Notes under the pieces: generated by a model | What the model was told of the DNA's origin: nothing | What the model saw: the letters and a program-made list of their open reading frames with translations, nothing else | The model's database searches: none | Position numbers and translations under genes: made by a program | Assembly (NCBI RefSeq): GCF_009914755.1 | Contig: NC_060947.1 | Length of the DNA stretch: 64,000 nucleotides | From: the human T2T-CHM13v2.0 reference genome, Homo sapiens | Strand: one strand, 5' to 3' | Shown here: piece after piece, positions 24,801-36,800 of the stretch | Layout of the letters: the number at the start of each line of letters is the position of its first letter | How positions within the stretch are numbered: position 1 is the stretch's first letter

Positions 24801-27800
24801 AGTTCAACTCTGTGAGGTGAATGCAAACATCCCAAAGAAGTTTCTGAGAATGCTTCCGTTTAGCTTTTAGGTGAGGATTATCCCGTTTCCAACGAAACCT
24901 TCAAAGAGGTCCAAATATCCCCTTGCGGATCCCACAGAAAGAGTGTTTCGAAACTGCTGTTTCAAAAGGAATCTTCAACTCTGTGAGTTGAATGCAATCA
25001 TCACAAAGAAGTTTCTGACAATGCTTCTCTCTCGTCTTTCTGTGAACATAAAGGAAAAGGCGTTCAGGCCTTTGCCACCACAGGCCTGAAAGCGCTCCAA
25101 ATGTCCACTTGCAGATTCTGCCAAAAGAATATTTCAAAACTGCTCTATGAAAAGCAATGTTAAACTCTGTGGCTCGAACACAAACATCACAAAGCGGTCT
25201 CTGAGAATGCTTCAGTTTAGTTTTTCTGTGGAAATATTCCCGTTTCCAAAGAAATCTTCAAAGAGGTCCACGTATACACTTACAGATTCTACAAAAAGAC
25301 AGTTTCAAAACTGCTCAATCAAAAGGAGGGTTCAACTGTGTGACTTGAATGCAATCATCACTCAGAAGTTTCTGAGAATGCTTCTCTTTAGTTTTTACGT
25401 GAACATATACCCGTTTCGAACGAAGGCCACCCAGTGGTCCAAATGTCCACTTGCAGATTCTACAGAAAGAGTGTTTCGAACCTGAACTCTCAAAGGCAGG
25501 TTCATCTCTGCGAGTTAAATGCATTCATCATGAAGAACTTTCTCAGCGTGTTTGTGTTTAGTTATGGGAAATTATTCCCGTTCCCAACGAAATCCTCAGA
25601 GAGGTCCAAATGTCCACCTGCAGATTCTACCAAAAGTGTATTTGGAAACTGCTCCATCAACAGGCATGTTCAGCTCTGTGAGTGAAACTCCATCATCACA
25701 AAGAATATTCTGAGAATGCTTCCGTTTGCCTTTTATATGAAGTTCCTTCCTATACGACCGTAGGCCTCAAAGCAGTGCAAATCTCCATTTGCAGATTCTA
25801 CAAAAAGAGTGATTCCAATCTGCTCTATCAATAGGATTGTTCAACTCCATGAGTTGAATGCCATCCTCACAAAGTCGTTTCTGAGAATGCTTCTATCTAG
25901 TTTTTATGTGAAGATATTTCCTTTTCCACCACAGGCCTCAAAGCCCTCCAAACGTCCACTTGCAGATTCTCGAAAAAGAGTGTTTCATAGCTGCTCTTTC
26001 AAAAGGAAAGTTCAACTCTGGGAGTTGAATACAAACATCACAAAGTAGTTTCCGAGAATGCTTCTGTTTAGTTTTTATGTGAAGATGATCCCGTTTCCAG
26101 TGAAATCTTCAGAGAGGTCCACATATCCCCTTGCAGATTCCAAAGAAAGAGGGTTTCAAAACTGCTCCATCAATAGGATTGTTCAACTCTGTGAGTTGAA
26201 TGCAGTCATCGCAGAAAACTTTCTGAGAATGCTTCTGTCTAGGTTTGATGTGAAGATATAGACGTTTCAAACGAAGGCTACAAAGTGGTCAAAATATACA
26301 CTTGCAGATACTACTACAAGGGTGTTGCAAACCTGAACTATCAAAGGAAGGTTCAACTCTGTGAGTTGAATACAAACATCACAAAGAATGTTCTGAGTTT
26401 GCTTCCGTTCAGTTATGGGAAGTTGATCCCGTTTCCAACGAAATCCTCAGAGAGGTCCAAATATCCCCTTGCAGATTCTACAAAACGTGTTTTTGGAAAC
26501 TGCTCCATCATAACGAATGTTCAGCTCCCTGAGTTAAACTCCATCGTCACAAAGAATTTTCTGAGAGTGCTACCGTCTGGTTTTTATATGAAGCTCTTTC
26601 CTTTACTACCCCAGGCCTCAAAGCGGTCAAAATCTCCACTTGCAGATTCTACAAAAAGAGTGTTTGCAAACTGCTCTATCAAAAGGAATGTTCAACTCTG
26701 GGAGTTGAATGCAATCATCACAGAGCAGTTTCTGAGAATGCTTCTATGTCGTTTTTAGGAGAAGATATTTCCTTTTCCAACACAGTCCTCCAAGTCCGCT
26801 AAATAGCCACTTGCACATTGTAGAAAAAGTGTGTCAAAGCTGCGCTATCAAAGGGAAAGTTCAACTCTGAGAGGTGAATGCAAACATCCCAAAGAAGTTT
26901 CTGAGAGTGCTTCCGTTTAGCTTTTAGGTGAAGATTATCCCGTTTCCAACGAAACCTTCAAAGAAGTCCAAATATCCCCTTGCGGATCCCACAGAAAGAG
27001 TGTTTCGAAACTGCTGTTTCAAAAGGAATCTTCAACTCTGTGAGTTGAATGCAATCATCACAAAGAAGTTTCTGACAATGCTTCTCTCTCGTCTTTCTGT
27101 GAAGATAAATAAATGCTTTCAGGCCTTTGCCACCACAGGCCTGAAAGCGCTCCAAATGTCCACTTGCAGATTCTGCGAAAAGAATATTTCAAAACTGCTT
27201 TGTGAAAAGCAATGTTAAACTCTGTGGCTCGAACACAAACATCACAAAGCGGTTTCTGAGAATGCTTCAGTTTAGTTTTTCTGTGGAAATATTCCCGTTT
27301 CCAAAGAAATCTTCAAAGAGGTCCACGTATCCACTTACAGATTCTACAAAAAGACAGTTTCAAAACTGCTCCATCAAAAGGAGGGTTCAACTGTGTGACT
27401 TGAATGCAATCATCACTCAGAAGTTTCTGAGAATGCTTCTCTTTAGTTTTTACGTGAACATATACCCGTTTCGAACGAAGGCCAGCCAGTGGTCCAAATA
27501 TCCACTTGCAGATTCTACAGAAAGAGTGTTTCGAACCTGAACTCTCAAAGGCAGGTTCATCTCTGCGAGTTAAATGCATTCATCATGAAGAACTTTCTCA
27601 GCGTGTTTGTGTTTAGTTATGGGAAATTATTCCCGTTTCCAACGAAATCCTCAGAGAGCTCCAAATATCCACCTGCAGATTCTACCAAAAGTGTATTTGG
27701 AAACTGCTCCATCAAAAGGCATGTTCAGCTCTGTGAGTGAAACTCCATCATCATAAAGAATATTCTGAGAATGCTTCCGTTTGCCTTTTATATGAAGTTC

Positions 27801-30800
27801 CTTCCTATACGACCGTAGGCCTCAAAGCAGTCCAAATCTCCATTTGCAGATTCTACAAAAAGAGTGATTCCAATCTGCTCTATCAATAGGATTGTTCAAC
27901 TCCATGAGTTGAATGCCATCCTCACAAAGTCGTTTCTGAGAATGCTTCTATCTAGTTTTTATGTGAAGATATTTCCTTTTCCACCACAGGCCTCAAAGCC
28001 CTCCAAACGTCCACTTGCAGATTCTCGAAAAAGAGTGTTTCATAGCTGCTCTTTCAAAAGGAAAGTTCAACTCTGGCAGTTGAATACAAACATCACAAAG
28101 TAGTTTCCGAGAATGCTTCTGTTTAGTTTTTATGTGAAGATGATCCCGTTTCCAGTGAAATCTTCAAAGAGGTCCACATATCCCCTTGCAGATTCCAAAG
28201 AAAGAGGGTTTCAAAACTGCTCCATCAGAAGGATTGTTCAACTCTGTGAGTTGAATGCAGTCATCGCAGAAAACTTTCTGAGAATGCTTCTGTCTAGGTT
28301 TGATGTGAAGATATAGACGTTTCAAACGAAGGCTACAAAGTGGTCAAAATATACACTTGCAGATTCTACTACAAGGGTGTTGCAAACCTGAACTATCAAA
28401 GGAAGGTTCAACTCTGTGAGTTGAATACAAACATCACAAAGAATGTTCTGAGTTTGCTTCCGTTCAGTTATGGGAAGTTGATCCCGTTTCCAACGAAATC
28501 CTCAGAGAGGTCCAAATATCCCCTTGCAGATTCTACAAAACGTGTGTTTGGAAACTGCTCCATCATAACGAATGTTCAGCTCCCTGAGTTAAACTCCATC
28601 GTCACAAAGAATTTTCTGAGAGTGCTACCGTCTGGTTTTTATATGAAGTTCTTTCCTTCACTACCACAGGCCTCAAAGCGGTCCAAATCTCCACTTGCAG
28701 ATTCTACAAAAAGAGTGTTTGCAAACTGCTCTATCAAAAGGAATGTTCAACTCTGGGAGTTGAATGCAATCATCACAGAGCAGTTTCTGAGAATGCTTCT
28801 ATGTCGTTTTTAGGAGAAGATATTTCCTTTTCCAACACAGTCCTCCAAGCCCGCTAAATAGCCACTTGCACATTGTAGAAAAAGTGTGTCAAAGCTGCGC
28901 TATCAAAGGGAAAGTTCAACTCTGTGAGGTGAATGCAAACATCCCAAAGAAGTTTCTGAGAATGCTTCCGTTTAGCTTTTAGGTGAAGATTATCCCGTTT
29001 CCAACGAAACCTTCAAAGAGGTCCAAATATCCCCTTGCGGATCCCACAGAAAGAGTGTTTCGAAACTGCTGTTTCAAAAGGAATCTTCAACTCTGTGAGT
29101 TGAATGCAATCATCACAAAGAAGTTTCTGACAATGCTTCTCTCTCGTCTTTCTGTGAAGATAAAGGAAAAGGCTTTCAGGCCTTTGCCACCACAGGCCTG
29201 AAAGCGCTCCAAATGTCCACTTGCAGATTCTGCGAAAAGAATACTTCAAAACTGCTCTATGAAAAGCAATGTTAAACTCTGTGGCTCGAACACAAACATC
29301 ACAAAGCGGTTTCTGAGAATGCTTCAGTTTAGTTTTTCTGTGGAAATATTCCCGTTTCCAAAGAAATCTTCAAAGAGGTCCACGTATCCACTTACAGATT
29401 CTACAAAAAGACAGTTTCAAAACTGCTCCATCAAAAGGAGGGTTCAACTGTGTGACTTGAATGCAATCATCACTCAGAAGTTTCTGAGAATGCTTCTCTT
29501 TAGTTTTTAGGTGAACATATACACGTTTCGAACGAAGGCCACCCAGTGGTCCAAATATCCACTTGCAGATTATACAGAAAGAGTGTTTCGAACCTGAACT
29601 CTCAAAGGCAGGTTCATCTCTGCGAGTTAAATGCATTCATCATGAAGAACTTTCTCAGAGTGTTTGTGTTTAGTTATGGGAAATTATTCCCGTTTCCAAC
29701 GAAATCCTCAGAGAGCTCCAAATATCCACCTGCAGATTCTACCAAAAGTGTATTTGGAAACTGCTCCATCAAAAGGCATGTTCAGCTCTGTGAGTGAAAC
29801 TCCATCATCACAAAGAATATTCTGAGAATGCTTCCGTTTGCCTTTTATATGAAGTTCCTTCCTGTACTACCGTAGGCCTCAAAGCAGTCCAAATCTCCAT
29901 TTGCAGATTCTATAAAAAGAGTGATTCCAATCTGCTCTATCAATAGGATTGTTCAACTCCATGAGTTGAATGCCATCCTCACAAAGTAGTTTCTGAGAAT
30001 GCTTCTATCTAGTTTTTATGTGAAGATATTTCCTTTTCCACCACAGGCCTCAAAGCCCTCCAAACGTCCACTTGCAGATTCTCGAAAAAGAGTGTTTCAT
30101 AGCTGCTCTTTCAAAAGGAAAGTTCAACTCTGGGAGTTGAATACAAACATCACAAAGTAGTTTCCGAGAATGCTTCTGTTTAGTTTTTATGTGAAGATGA
30201 TCCCGTTTCCAGTGAAATCTTCAAAGAGGTCCACATATCCCCTTGCAGATTCCAAAGAAAGAGGGTTTCAAAACTGCTCCATCAGAAGGATTGTTCAACT
30301 CTGTGAGTTGAATGCAGTCATCGCAGAAAACTTTCTGAGAATGCTTCTGTCTAGGTTTGATGTGAAGATATAGACGTTTCAAACGAAGGCTACAAAGTGG
30401 TCAAAATATACACTTGCAGATTCTACTACAAGGGTGTTGCAAACCTGAACTATCAAAGGAAGGTTCAACTCTGTGAGTTGAATACAAACATCACAAAGAA
30501 TGTTCTGAGTTTGCTTCCGTTCAGTTATGGGAAGTTGATCCCGTTTCCAACGAAATCCTCAGAGAGGTCCAAATATCCCCTTGCAGATTCTACAAAACGT
30601 GTGTTTGGAAACTGCTCCATCATAACGAATGTTCAGCTCCCTGAGTTAAACTCCATCGTCACAAAGAATTTTCTGAGAGTGCTACCGTCTGGTTTTTATA
30701 TGAAGTTCTTTCCTTCACTACCACAGGCCTCAAAGCGGTCCAAATCTCCACTTGCAGATTCTACAAAAAGAGTGTTTGCAAACTGCTCTATCAAAAGGAA

Positions 30801-33800
30801 TGTTCAACTCTGGGAGTTGAATGCAATCATCACAGAGCAGTTTCTGAGAATGCTTCTATGTCGTTTTTAGGAGAAGATATTTCCTTTTCCAACACAGTCC
30901 TCCAAGCCCGCTAAATAGCCACTTGCACATTGTAGAAAAAGTGTGTCAAAGCTGCGCTATCAAAGGGAAAGTTCAACTCTGTGAGGTGAATGCAAACATC
31001 CCAAAGAAGTTTCTGAGAATGCTTCCGTTTAGCTTTTAGGTGAAGATTATCCCGTTTCCAACGAAACCTTCAAAGAGGTCCAAATATCCCCTTGCGGATC
31101 CCACAGAAAGAGTGTTTCGAAACTGCTGTTTCAAAAGGAATCTTCAACTCTGTGAGTTGAATGCAATCATCACAAAGAAGTTTCTGACAATGCTTCTCTC
31201 TCGTCTTTCTGTGAAGATAAAGGAAAAGGCTTTCAGGCCTTTGCCACCACAGGCCTGAAAGCGCTCCAAGTGTCCACTTGCAGATTCTGCGAAAAGAATA
31301 TTTCAAAACTGCTCTATGAAAAGCAATGTTAAACTCTGTGGCTCGAACACAAACATCACAAAGAGGTTTCTGAGAATGCTTCAGTTTAGTTTTTCTGTGG
31401 AAATATTCCCGTTTCCAAAGAAATCTTCAAAGAGGTCCACGTATCCACTTACAGATTCTACAAAAAGACAGTTTCAAAACTGCTCCATCAAAAGGAGGGT
31501 TCAACTGTGTGACTTGAATGCAATCATCACTCAGAAGTTTCTGAGAATGCTTCTCTTTAGTTTTTACGTGAACATATACCCGTTTCGAACGAAGGCCACC
31601 CAGTGGTCCAAATATCCACTTGCAGATTCTACAGAAAGAGTGTTTCGAACCTGAACTCTCAAAGGCAGGTTCATCTCTGCGAGTTAAATGCATTCATCAT
31701 GAAGAACTTTCTCAGAGTGTTTGTGTTTAGTTATGGGAAATTATTCCCGTTTCCAACGAAATCCTCAGAGAGCTCCAAATATCCACCTGCAGATTCTACC
31801 AAAAGTGTATTTGGAAACTGCTCCATCAAAAGGCATGTTCAGCTCTGTGAGTGAAACTCCATCATCACAAAGAATATTCTGAGAATGCTTCCGTTTGCCT
31901 TTTATATGAAGTTCCTTCCTGTACTACCGTAGGCCTCAAAGCAGTCCAAATCTCCATTTGCAGATTCTATAAAAAGAGTGATTCCAATCTGCTCTATCAA
32001 TAGGATTGTTCAACTCCATGAGTTGAATGCCATCCTCACAAAGTAGTTTCTGAGAATGCTTCTATCTGGTTTTTGTGTGAAGATATTTCCTTTTCCACCA
32101 CAGGCCTCAAAGCCCTCCAAACGTCCACTTGCAGATTCTCGAAAAAGAGTGTTTCATAGCTGCTCTTTCAAAAGGAAAGTTCAACTCTGGCAGTTGAATA
32201 CAAACATCACAAAGTAGTTTCCGAGAATGCTTCTGTTTAGTTTTTATGTGAAGATGATCCCGTTTCCAGTGAAATCTTCAAAGAGGTCCACATATCCCCT
32301 TGCAGATTCCAAAGAAAGAGGGTTTCAAAACTGCTCCATCAGAAGGATTGTTCAACTCTGTGAGTTGAATGCAGTCAACGCAGAAAACTTTCTGAGAATG
32401 CTTCTGTCTAGGTTTGATGTGAAGATATAGACGTTTCAAACGAAGGCTACAAAGTGGTCAAAATATACACTTGCAGATTCTACTACAAGGGTGTTGCAAA
32501 CCTGAACTATCAAAGGAAGGTTCAACTCTGTGAGTTGAATACAAACATCACAAAGAATGTTCTGAGTTTGCTTCCGTTCAGTTATGGGAAGTTGATCCCG
32601 TTTCCAACGAAATCCTCAGAGAGGTCCAAATATCCCCTTGCAGATTCTACAAAACGTGTGTTTGGAAACTGCTCCATCATAACGAATGTTCAGCTCCCTG
32701 AGTTAAACTCCATCGTCACAAAGAATTTTCTGAGAGTGCTACCGTCTGGTTTTTATATGAAGTTCTTTCCTTCACTACCACAGGCCTCAAAGCGGTCCAA
32801 ATCTCCACTTGCAGATTCTACAAAAAGAGTGTTTGCAAACTGCTCTATCAAAAGGAATGTTCAACTCTGGGAGTTGAATGCAATCATCACAGAGCAGTTT
32901 CTGAGAATGCTTCTATGTCGTTTTTAGGAGAAGATATTTCCTTTTCCAACACAGTCCTCCAAGCCCGCTAAATAGCCACTTGCACATTGTAGAAAAAGTG
33001 TGTCAAAGCTGCGCTATCAAAGGGAAAGTTCAACTCTGTGAGGTGAATGCAAACATCCCAAAGAAGTTTCTGAGAATGCTTCCGTTTAGCTTTTAGGTGA
33101 AGATTATCCCGTTTCCAACGAAACCTTCAAAGAGGTCCAAATATCCCCTTGCGGATCCCACAGAAAGAGTGTTTCGAAACTGCTGTTTCAAAAGGAATCT
33201 TCAACTCTGTGAGTTGAATGCAATCATCACAAAGAAGTTTCTGACAATGCTTCTCTCTCGTCTTTCTGTGAAGATAAAGGAAAAGGCTTTCAGGCCTTTG
33301 CCACCACAGGCCTGAAAGCGCTCCAAATGTCCACTTGCAGATTCTGCGAAAAGAATATTTCAAAACTGCTCTATGAAAAGCAATGTTAAACTCTGTGGCT
33401 CGAACACAAACATCACAAAGCAGTTTCTGAGAATGCTTCAGTTTAGTTTTTCTGTGGAAATATTCCCGTTTCCAAAGAAATCTTCAAAGAGGTCCACGCA
33501 TCCACTTACAGATTCTACAAAAAGACAGTTTCAAAACTGCTCCATCAAAAGGAGGGTTCAACTGTGTGACTTGAATGCAATCATCACTCAGAAGTTTCTG
33601 AGAATGCTTCTCTTTAGTTTTTACGTGAACATATACCCGTTTCGAACGAAGGCCACCCAGTGGTCCAAATATCCACTTGCAGATTCTACAGAAAGAGTGT
33701 TTCGAACCTGAACTCTCAAAGGCAGGTTCATCTCTGCGAGTTAAATGCATTCATCATGAAGAACTTTCTCAGAGTGTTTGTGTTTAGTTATGGGAAATTA

Positions 33801-36800
33801 TTCCCCTTTCCAACGAAATCCTCAGAGAGCTCCAAATATCCACCTGCAGATTCTACCAAAAGTGTATTTGGAAACTGCTCCATCAAAAAGCATGTTCAGC
33901 TCTGTGAGTGAAACTCCATCATCACAAAGAATATTCTGAGAATGCTTCCGTTTGCCTTTTATATGAAGTTCCTTCCTGTACTACCGTAGGCCTCAAAGCA
34001 GTCCAAATCTCCATTTGCAGATTCTATAAAAAGAGTGATTCCAATCTGCTCTATCAATAGGATTGTTCAACTCCATGAGTTGAATGCCATCCTCACAAAG
34101 TAGTTTCTGAGAATGCTTCTATCTGGTTTTTGTGTGAAGATATTTCCTTTTCCACCACAGGCCTCAAAGCCCTCCAAACGTCCACTTGCAGATTCTCGAA
34201 AAAGAGTGTTTCATAGCTGCTCTTTCAAAAGGAAAGTTCAACTCTGGGAGTTGAATACAAACATCACAAAGTAGTTTCCGAGAATGCTTCTGTTTAGTTT
34301 TTATGTGAAGATGATCCCGTTTCCAGTGAAATCTTCAAAGAGGTCCACATATCCCCTTGCAGATTCCAAAGAAAGAGGGTTTCAAAACTGCTCCATCAGA
34401 GGATTGTTCAACTCTGTGAGTTGAATGCAGTCATCGCAGAAAACTTTCTGAGAATGCTTCTGTCTAGGTTTGATGTGAAGATATAGACGTTTCAAACGAA
34501 GGCTACAAAGTGGTCAAAATATACACTTGCAGATGCTACTACAAGGGTGTTGCAAACCTGAACTATCAAAGGAAGGTTCAACTCTGTGAGTTGAATACAA
34601 ACATCACAAAGAATGTTCTGAGTTTGCTTCCGTTCAGTTATGGGAAGTTGATCCCGTTTCCAACGAAATCCTCAGAGAGGTCCAAATATCCCCTTGCAGA
34701 TTCTACAAAACGTGTGTTTGGAAACTGCTCCATCATAACGAATGTTCAGCTCCCTGAGTTAAACTCCATCGTCACAAAGAATTTTCTGAGAGTGCTACCG
34801 TCTGGTTTTTATATGAAGCTCTTTCCTTCACTACCACAGGCCTCAAAGCGGTCCAAATCTCCACTTGCAGATTCTACAAAAAGAGTGTTTGCAAACTGCT
34901 CTATCAAAAGGAATGTTCAACTCTGGGAGTTGAATGCAATCATCACAGAGCAGTTTCTGAGAATGCTTCTATGTCGTTTTTAGGAGAAGATATTTCCTTT
35001 TCCAACACAGTCCTCCAAGCCCGCTAAATAGCCACTTGCACATTGTAGAAAAAGTGTGTCAAAGCTGCGCTATCAAAGGGAAAGTTCAACTCTGTGAGGT
35101 GAATGCAAACATCCCAAAGAAGTTTCTGAGAATGCTTCCGTTTAGCTTTTAGGTGAAGATTATCCCGTTTCCAACGAAACCTTCAAAGAGGTCCAAATAT
35201 CCCCTTGCGGATCCCACAGAAAGAGTGTTTCGAAACTGCTGTTTCAAAAGGAATCTTCAACTCTGTGAGTTGAATGCAATCATCACAAAGAAGTTTCTGA
35301 CAATGCTTCTCTCTCGTCTTTCTGTGAAGATAAAGGAAAAGGCTTTCAGGCCTTTTCCACCACAGGCCTGAAAGCGCTCCAAATGTCCACTTGCAGATTC
35401 TGCGAAAAGAATATTTCAAAACTGCTCTATGAAAAACAATGTTAACCTCTGTGGCTCGAACACAAACATCACAAAGCGGTTTCTGAGAATGCTTCAGTTT
35501 AGTTTTTCTGTGGAAATATTCCCGTTTCCAAAGAAATCTTCAAAGAGGTCCACGTATCCACTTACAGATTCTACAAAAAGACAGTTTCAAAACTGCTCCA
35601 TCAAAAGGAGGGTTCAACTGTGTGACTTGAATGCAATCATCACTCAGAAGTTTCTGAGAATGCTTCTCTTTAGTTTTTACGTGAACATATACCCGTTTCG
35701 AACGAAGGCCAGCCAGTGGTCCAAATATCCACTTGCAGATTCTACAGAAAGAGGGTTTCGAACCTGAACTCTCAAAGGCAGGTTCATCTCTGCGAGTTAA
35801 ATGCATTCATCATGAAGAACTTTCTCAGAGTGTTTGTGTTTAGTTATGGGAAATTATTCCCGTTTCCAACGAAATCCTCAGAGAGCTCCAAATATCCACC
35901 TGCAGATTCTACCAAAAGTGTATTTGGAAACTGCTCCATCAAAAGGCATGTTCAGCTCTGTGAGTGAAACTCCATCATCACAAAGAATATTCTGAGAATG
36001 CTTCCGTTTGCCTTTTATATGAAGTTCCTTCCTGTACTACCGTAGGCCTCAAAGCAGTCCAAATCTCCATTTGCAGATTCTATAAAAAGAGTGATTCCAA
36101 TCTGCTCTATCAATAGGATTGTTCAACTCCATGAGTTGAATGCCATCCTCACAAAGTAGTTTCTGAGAATGCTTCTATCTGGTTTTTGTGTGAAGATATT
36201 TCCTTTTCCACCACAGGCCTCAAAGCCCTCCAAACGTCCACTTGCAGATTCTCGAAAAAGAGTGTTTCATAGCTGCTCTTTCAAAAGGAAAGTTCAACTC
36301 TGGCAGTTGAATACAAACATCACAAAGTAGTTTCCGAGAATGCTTCTGTTTAGTTTTTATGTGAAGATGATCCCGTTTCCAGTGAAATCTTCAAAGAGGT
36401 CCACATATCCCCTTGCAGATTCCAAAGAAAGAGGGTTTCAAAACTGCTCCATCAGAAGGATTGTTCAACTCTGTGAGTTGAATGCAGTCAACGCAGAAAA
36501 CTTTCTGAGAATGCTTCTGTCTAGGTTTGATGTGAAGATATAGACGTTTCAAACGAAGGCTACAAAGTGGTCAAAATATACACTTGCAGATTCTACTACA
36601 AGGGTGTTGCAAACCTGAACTATCAAAGGAAGGTTCAACTCTGTGAGTTGAATACAAACATCACAAAGAATGTTCTGAGTTTGCTTCCGTTCAGTTATGG
36701 GAAGTTGATCCCGTTTCCAACGAAATCCTCAGAGAGGTCCAAATATCCCCTTGCAGATTCTACAAAACGTGTGTTTGGAAACTGCTCCATCATAACGAAT

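Noticed and set aside
26928-27218. Novel 96-aa and 65-aa ORFs in H14
   Set aside because: They are frameshift by-products of the 2-bp-shorter insert near 27110.
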